A stretch of 64,000 nucleotides of DNA from a virus: IMG/VR virus record IMGVR_UViG_3300023199_000021, positions 66,846-130,845 of that record, one strand, 5' to 3'. Positions 58,768 to 64,000 of the stretch are shown here, piece by piece. The position numbers were made by a program, and so were the translations under genes. Within the stretch, counting starts at the first letter, position 1. The number at the start of each line of letters is the position of its first letter. The notes beneath the pieces were generated by a model that was given only the letters and a program-made list of their open reading frames with translations, was not told the DNA's origin and ran no database searches.

Positions 58768-59265
58768 CGCTATCCTTTGAACTTAGAAAAGTGCCGATAC
58801 GATTGCCTTGATAGTTGTTGACTACTCCATTGTGGGAATAGGCTGTTTCACCAGCTTTAGCTTCTCCATCAACAGTAATGGTTACGATTCCATTTCTTAG
58901 AACCTGAACCTTGCCTCCTTGCATAACCTGATCGCTGCAACTGATATGCTGTTTTGTTAAGTCGATATTACATGCTCAAAGTCTAGGTCAGGCACCCATA
59001 CAATCTCAAGTGCCCCACCATCGCCCTGACTATTCAATATATCCGCTAGGCTTCCACTTGTGTTACTAGGAAGCATACCGGTAACTGGAGAAGTTAATAG
59101 TTGTAACTTAGACGGAGGATCAACAGGTTGATCTAAGTCAATAAACTGGCTCGACTTAACTGCTTCCTCAGCGGCTCCTACTCTTTTCTTGATAGGTACG
59201 GTTGCCGCAGCCGCAGCACCGAAACCTAGCATCTTTAGAAATCCTCTACGTTCTATTTTAGTCAT
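58736..59265 (-). pseudogene. Tat-signal-bearing capsid decoration-like paralog, split by a -1 frameshift at ~58968
   Basis: ERRGFLK signal ORF (58957..59265) continues in the -1 frame as NIDLTKQHI...QGGKVQVLRNG...IGTFLSSKDSDGFAQVSINI. Confidence 0.6.
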
Positions 59266-60367
59266 CTGTTGTACGGTCGAAATGAGTCCTATTTACCCGT
59301 ACTGCCTTAGCACACTTGGACAAATCCTTTAGACAGGTCGCTCCAACGTAAGCACAACAACTTACTAACCCGCCCTTTATTTTCTGAACTACTTCATGGG
59401 CTGGACCCTTGTAGTCTATATATTTTACCCTTCCTTCGCTGGTTTTGTACGAAGCCATCCCTCCATTATGCTTATCTTGGGCTGTTTTTGATGACATTCC
59501 GTAGAATTTTAGTGCTTTTTTTCTAGTTCCCGGTCCAATTTGAATGCCATCAATCAATGTTCTTAACCTTTCTGTATGATACTCCCATTCGCCCTCACAC
59601 TCGTCACAACCAGCAAACATACCACCGAGCATCACGAAGTCGGCACCGCCTGCAAACGCTTTATTCACATCACACGGTTGTCTACAGCCACCGTCCCCAC
59701 AGACAAGCCCTAGTCGTTTCTCAGCACTCTTAAGACCGTGGGCCACTTGACTACACTCCATGATCGCAGAGAGTTGTGGATAGCCCACACCGGCCATCAG
59801 GCGAGTCGTACAGGCCGAGCCGGGACCGATGCCAATCTTGACGATATCAACACCACCATGTAGTATTAGTTCCTGTGTCATTTCAGGAGTGCATACGTTG
59901 CCTGCCATAATGATAGGGTAAGTACCTAATTTTTTACGAATAGAAGCACAGTATTCTACAAACCTTTCAGTATAACCATTGGCAATATCAATGCACACGT
60001 TTGGTACTTTACAAATTGCTTCGCATAGATCGAATAGTTTTTTGGAGTCTCCTCTTTTCATGCCGATACTAACCCAAGCGTTCTGTAGGTTTAATGGAAA
60101 TTTAAACGCTTGAATTAGGTGTTCTAGATCGTAATGCTTATGTAAACATGTTACCATGTTGTGTCGTTGTAAAGCATTAGCCATTTCTATAGTGCCTGTA
60201 GTATCCATGTTAGCTGCTATAATAGGCACACCATTCCACTCTCTATTAGAATGAAAGAAGGTGTACTTACGCGACAAGTTTACATCTGATCGTGATGCAT
60301 TAGGACTACGTTGTGGCACCAAAAGGATATCCTCAAAGTCCAACTTGGTATCATTGCTTATTTGCAT
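59258..60367 (-). CDS. guaC: GMP reductase
   Basis: [46 protein letters not shown]. Confidence 0.92.
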   Translation of the reverse strand: MQISNDTKLDFEDILLVPQRSPNASRSDVNLSRKYTFFHSNREWNGVPIIAANMDTTGTIEMANALQRHNMVTCLHKHYDLEHLIQAFKFPLNLQNAWVSIGMKRGDSKKLFDLCEAICKVPNVCIDIANGYTERFVEYCASIRKKLGTYPIIMAGNVCTPEMTQELILHGGVDIVKIGIGPGSACTTRLMAGVGYPQLSAIMECSQVAHGLKSAEKRLGLVCGDGGCRQPCDVNKAFAGGADFVMLGGMFAGCDECEGEWEYHTERLRTLIDGIQIGPGTRKKALKFYGMSSKTAQDKHNGGMASYKTSEGRVKYIDYKGPAHEVVQKIKGGLVSCCAYVGATCLKDLSKCAKAVRVNRTHFDRTTDD

Positions 60368-60981
60368 ACCCAGTCTCTTTCCTCAAAGTATTTGTGATAG
60401 TCATACGATCTTAGTATGATACCTATCTTGTTTCCCATGTAGGGGATAGGTTGAAACAGATCGTTTTCCTCAGCCTCTTTGTAAAGCCTTTTAACTTCGG
60501 AAGATTTCATGATCCCCCAACGAATAGCAAAGGCGTTCTTTTCGATCAGTTTGATATGGCGATCCAAATCATAGTTCGCAGGTTTCTTAAGCCTAGCACG
60601 ACCAGTATTGTAGATAAAAAGAATATCTGCGTCTTCTTTGATATAGGCTTTAAGATTATTCCTTTTAAGAGTAAACTTACCAGCAGTAGGAACCCATTTG
60701 ATTTCTAGCGGTATGTCGTTTACTTTATAGTCAGCACCAGCCGTATTGCCACTGGCTATGAACTCACCATCATTATCGCACCCGTTGTCTTCCCAAGTAA
60801 GGTTCGGGTCATCAACTTTTGCGATATCTAACCACTTGTGAAAGAAATACTTCTCCAGCATTGTGCCGAACTTGATATCTTTCTTGAAGCGGTCAACTGT
60901 ACGGTTGTCAAATCTATTCACCACTACTACCAAACCCTTCTTCACCACGATCACTCTCGGCCAACTCGTCAACTTCAACAA
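60358..60981 (-). CDS. PD-(D/E)XK-like nuclease-fold protein
   Basis: ADY....LEIK; true start probably GTG near 60924. Confidence 0.5.
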   Translation of the reverse strand: MLKLTSWPRVIVVKKGLVVVVNRFDNRTVDRFKKDIKFGTMLEKYFFHKWLDIAKVDDPNLTWEDNGCDNDGEFIASGNTAGADYKVNDIPLEIKWVPTAGKFTLKRNNLKAYIKEDADILFIYNTGRARLKKPANYDLDRHIKLIEKNAFAIRWGIMKSSEVKRLYKEAEENDLFQPIPYMGNKIGIILRSYDYHKYFEERDWVCK

Positions 60982-61477
60982 GTTGCACGTCAGGGATCGG
61001 TTGGAATAAAATTTGGGCGACCCTATCGCCCTTCTTGATTAAAACGTCTCCGTCTCCGTCTTCGTCGTAAAACAATGGCAAAGGCACACTATACAAGCAT
61101 ACCATGATTTCTCCACGATAGCCGGAATCAACCACGCCAGCTAAAACATCAAGTCCTTTTTTTACAGACAAACCAGATCGGGGCCAGATCAAACCAACCC
61201 ATTCATCTGGAATTTGTAATGCGATACCAGTTTTGATTATTGCTCTGCTCCCACCGCGAATCATTACGTCTTCAATAGCATATAAGTCCCACCCCGCATC
61301 AGAAAGATTTGTGCGAGTGGGAATGATTGCTTCTGGATGGAGAGACTTAACTCTTACTTTAGACGTACCTATATTGGGCATAGCCTCAATGTCTTTAATA
61401 CGTTCTAGAAGTTGTCTTACTTCTATAATCCTTTGTAGTTGGTTTTGTCTAGCTGTGTGATCTTGATGCTTACTCAA
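60914..61477 (-). CDS. dut: dUTPase
   Basis: AGWDL, PRSG, GVVDSGYRGE, GDRVAQ, RGEEGFGSSG. Confidence 0.95.
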   Translation of the reverse strand: MSKHQDHTARQNQLQRIIEVRQLLERIKDIEAMPNIGTSKVRVKSLHPEAIIPTRTNLSDAGWDLYAIEDVMIRGGSRAIIKTGIALQIPDEWVGLIWPRSGLSVKKGLDVLAGVVDSGYRGEIMVCLYSVPLPLFYDEDGDGDVLIKKGDRVAQILFQPIPDVQLVEVDELAESDRGEEGFGSSGE

Positions 61478-62561
61478 CTCTATCTCCTAGAATAATGTTG
61501 TAAACTTGTTGGGCCATGTTTTCCCAAGTAAGTTTTTTGCTTGTTTCGATACCTGCCTCGTTGACAGACATAGGGTCGTCTTTCCATTTACGATACATGG
61601 TTTGCAGGTGTCCCTTTAACGATACTTCATCAATCGAAGCCCACACTCCGTTGTCTCCTACAAACCAGCTACCATCATACATTGGTTCTTCTTCATGAAC
61701 ATTAAGTAGTAGAGAATTGTATGGGTCGCAGAATGCAGTATGAGCAGAATAGCCTGTGATTATTACCTGCTTTCCACAGGCCATCATTTCAAGTACCTCT
61801 AGGTTCCAGCCTTCGGCACGCGATGGGAACACACCACAAAAGGTCTGTCCCATTATCTTTGCTAGTTCCTCTTGGTATTGTACGCGAGGAATCAGTTTGA
61901 TCCTACTGTCTTTGTATAGACCTTCCCACTTAGCCTTTTCTTCTGGCTTTAAGAATGGGTTCTCGGTCATCATCCATAGTTCTACATTCTCTTTGTTTTG
62001 GAAAGCCTCTTTAAATGCTTTGTGTAGAATATCATGACCTTTACGTACTTCCCACTTACCACAGTTGAAGAAGATACACTTGTCTTGATTAGGTACAGAT
62101 AGAGACTCGTTAAAGATATTGCGATCCACGCCGCACGTAACGGTGTGAACACGTTCTTTTTCAAAAGCTGTCTCTTTAAGGATGATATCGTTTGCCCACT
62201 TAGAAGTAACGATAACTTCATCTACAGAATGCAGGTGGGTGATACGGCGTTTGTTGAATTTGCTTACTTCAAAGAAAGATAGAGCATAATATGTCCCTCT
62301 ACCTACGTGCTCCGCCAAATGATTTTCATGCCACACTTTAAGATTAGGAACATTATAATCGTAATCATCCTGTTTTCCTATGTCAATACGTAACTGTTGA
62401 ATTATTTCGTCGTCTATTTGGCATGGCGGTTGTACATTGCGTGAGTCAGGAACAGGCCAAAGAGTAACATCACAAATCTTGTTTAACTCTTTCCACAGGT
62501 TGTATCCTACTACTCCATACCCTAGACTATTGATCGGAACACTCAAGTTCAATTTCTTCAT
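61470..62561 (-). CDS. GT4 glycosyltransferase
   Basis: GKWEVRKG, FPSRAEGWNLEVLEMMACG. Confidence 0.85.
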   Translation of the reverse strand: MKKLNLSVPINSLGYGVVGYNLWKELNKICDVTLWPVPDSRNVQPPCQIDDEIIQQLRIDIGKQDDYDYNVPNLKVWHENHLAEHVGRGTYYALSFFEVSKFNKRRITHLHSVDEVIVTSKWANDIILKETAFEKERVHTVTCGVDRNIFNESLSVPNQDKCIFFNCGKWEVRKGHDILHKAFKEAFQNKENVELWMMTENPFLKPEEKAKWEGLYKDSRIKLIPRVQYQEELAKIMGQTFCGVFPSRAEGWNLEVLEMMACGKQVIITGYSAHTAFCDPYNSLLLNVHEEEPMYDGSWFVGDNGVWASIDEVSLKGHLQTMYRKWKDDPMSVNEAGIETSKKLTWENMAQQVYNIILGDRVE

Positions 62562-62615
62562 AATCCTCTACTTCCTCGATTGTGATTGCTAGTTCAATGA
62601 TCATTACCTAACTCC

Positions 62616-62653
62616 AAAAAAAAAGCCATAGGGACCGACCGGCTTCCTATGGC
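62616..62653 (-). terminator. Intrinsic terminator
   Basis: GCCATAGG...CCTATGGC followed by T9. Confidence 0.8.
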
Positions 62654-62677
62654 AATTGTACTTTGTTATCTTGGGAT

Positions 62678-62953
62678 TCAGCGGTTAAAAGCACGATAGA
62701 CCGCACAACGGACTGGCTTTTGATCCCTTAAGTATCGAGCGGTTCTGAAAGGGAGCGTTGCTGCTCGTCTTACAGGACGCACACGATCTACTGCTCGTGC
62801 AACTCTTACAGGTGTACAAACAACGATACGAACTACTGCTCGTACTGTGTTGCGAACAGGCTGGCGATCACAAGCATCTGCGTTCCCTACAGAAGCAAAC
62901 ACCAATGCGATAGCCAAGATACATGGTGCTAGAAATTTCATTTCATTCCTCAT
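62678..62953 (-). CDS. Small secreted Arg/Val-rich peptide
   Basis: Sec signal ending ADA, then repeated PVR motifs. Confidence 0.6.
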   Translation of the reverse strand: MRNEMKFLAPCILAIALVFASVGNADACDRQPVRNTVRAVVRIVVCTPVRVARAVDRVRPVRRAATLPFRTARYLRDQKPVRCAVYRAFNR

Positions 62954-62997
62954 TTGTTGTTAAATCAAAGTGTTGGCTGGACCTTCCAGCCTTCAAG

Positions 62998-63279
62998 TGG
63001 AGCCGGTGGGAGTCGAACCCACGTCCTTCACTGTTTTTCCACAAAACGTCTACATGTTTAGGTCGAGCTAAGCCCTGCACGACCAACGGGCGAGATAGTC
63101 AACGGCCAAACGCTATCTAGCTTGGATTAACGGGGTGCTAGATAACCCCTACTGCTTACGCAGCCATCGCGAATTGAGATTCTGCAATTAAACTTTAGTC
63201 TTGTTTTTAGGTAGCCTCAAGACTAACTACCACATGCAATTCTGTTTCTTCCCAGGAAGTCGATACCAGTTTCGGCCCC
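62998..63279 (-). ncRNA. ssrA: tmRNA, tag AESQFAMAA
   Basis: 5' GGGGCCGAAACTGGTATCGAC and 3' GTGGGTTCGACTCCCACCGGCTCCA, with G3:U70; tag ORF 63156..63185 follows TTAATT. Confidence 0.95.
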
Positions 63280-63287
63280 TTTCCTAG

Positions 63288-63363
63288 AGGGCAAGGTTAG
63301 GTTCGAACTCACGATGAATCCTGTTTTGCAGACAGGTGCTTTCAGCCACTTAGCTACTTGCCC
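63288..63363 (-). tRNA. tRNA-Cys(GCA)
   Basis: GGGCAAG/CTTGCCC acceptor, CCTGT-CTGCAAA-ACAGG arm, TTCGAAC loop, U73; one T-stem mismatch; CCA not encoded. Confidence 0.85.
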
Positions 63364-63899
63364 ATGTTTTCTTTGATCTTGGTAATCCAACCTAACATAA
63401 AGCTAGTTTGTCTAAGACCGGTAAATCTTCCTTCTTCCTTCCACTTACCGTCTTGATATGAATAAACACACACGGTAGGAAGTGATGAAGGTTTTGCAAT
63501 ACTCGTCCACTTTTGAGAGTTTTCGTCAGCGGCTTCAATGTCGATAACGAAATAACCCTTAGTGTCTTCTTTGAAGTATTGTTGTAGTCTTGCGTCATTC
63601 TTAATCTCGTTCTTTAATGCATGACAAGGACCACACCATTCAGCACTAAACTGTAGAACGATAATGTCACCGTTCTCATACTTAGGCTTTTCTTCTTGCT
63701 TCGGTTCTTCTTGTTGAACAGGCTCTTGTTCTTGTACTACCTGCTCTACTGGTTCTTGTACTACCTGCTCTACTGGTTCTTGTGCTGCTGCCGCAACTAC
63801 GGCTTCGGCAACTTTGTTACTATTCTTGTATTTGCTGCTACAACAACTTATAATGAATATTCCAGCTAGAACTAAACCTACTAAATTTTTATTGAACAT
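63354..63899 (-). CDS. Exported/lipoprotein-like thioredoxin
   Basis: Hydrophobic signal ending IISCC; Q/E linker; FSAEWCGPC. Confidence 0.85.
   Translation of the reverse strand: MFNKNLVGLVLAGIFIISCCSSKYKNSNKVAEAVVAAAAQEPVEQVVQEPVEQVVQEQEPVQQEEPKQEEKPKYENGDIIVLQFSAEWCGPCHALKNEIKNDARLQQYFKEDTKGYFVIDIEAADENSQKWTSIAKPSSLPTVCVYSYQDGKWKEEGRFTGLRQTSFMLGWITKIKENMGK
63728..63783. repeat. 24-bp tandem repeat (2.3 copies) in thioredoxin linker
   Basis: GTTCTTGTACTACCTGCTCTACTG x2, encoding QEPVEQVV. Confidence 0.9.
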
Positions 63900-63954
63900 A
63901 GCTATAACCTTTCGTGTAAACGTTAACTTAGCCCGAAAGGCTATACACCAAAAG

Positions 63955-64000
63955 TGCAGCTACGGAAAGTCGAACTCCGGCCACCTGCATGGCAAGCAGG
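63955..64000 (-). tRNA. tRNA-Gly(GCC), 3' part (truncated by window edge)
   Basis: CCTGC-TTGCCAT-GCAGG arm, CGGAG-TTCGACT-TTCCG T arm, TAGCTGCA 3' end. Confidence 0.8.

Noticed and set aside
63728-63783. Tandem repeat as a guide or CRISPR array
   Set aside because: In-frame 24-bp duplication without spacers
1-64000. Stop-codon reassignment
   Set aside because: Long genes are intact in the standard code and all three stops are used

Overview
A 64-kb segment of a large, AT-rich tailed dsDNA phage. The host is probably a planctomycete, inferred from the tmRNA tag AESQFAMAA, the Tat-signal ORFs and a planctomycete-style secreted peptide. Positions 1-20.7 kb (+ strand) are the tail module: tail tube, chaperone-like ORFs, a 3044-aa tape measure, a tail protein and a 2210-aa Cys-rich hub/fibre. 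Positions 20.9-64 kb (- strand) carry a glycosyltransferase/nucleotidyltransferase cluster, a small sigma factor, an intein-free split DnaE with a DEDDh exonuclease between the halves, a Cas4/AddB-like nuclease, dNMP kinase, primase, DnaB, RecA, HNH, TylF, a membrane/papain-protease cassette, class II RNR, ClpP, ThyA, GuaC, dUTPase, a compact tmRNA, two tRNAs and a lipoprotein-like thioredoxin. The most notable signal is three twin-arginine (Tat) signal ORFs. One is fused to a diverged major-capsid-protein paralog, one (across a 1-nt frameshift) to a capsid-decoration-like paralog, and one is signal-only. Also notable are two orphan IS200/IS605 right-end elements (one omegaRNA-like, one replacing the core of a dCMP deaminase), a structured terminator-containing leader before nrdJ, and frameshifts confined to small accessory genes. 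Family assignments come from motif recognition by eye, not from database searches.
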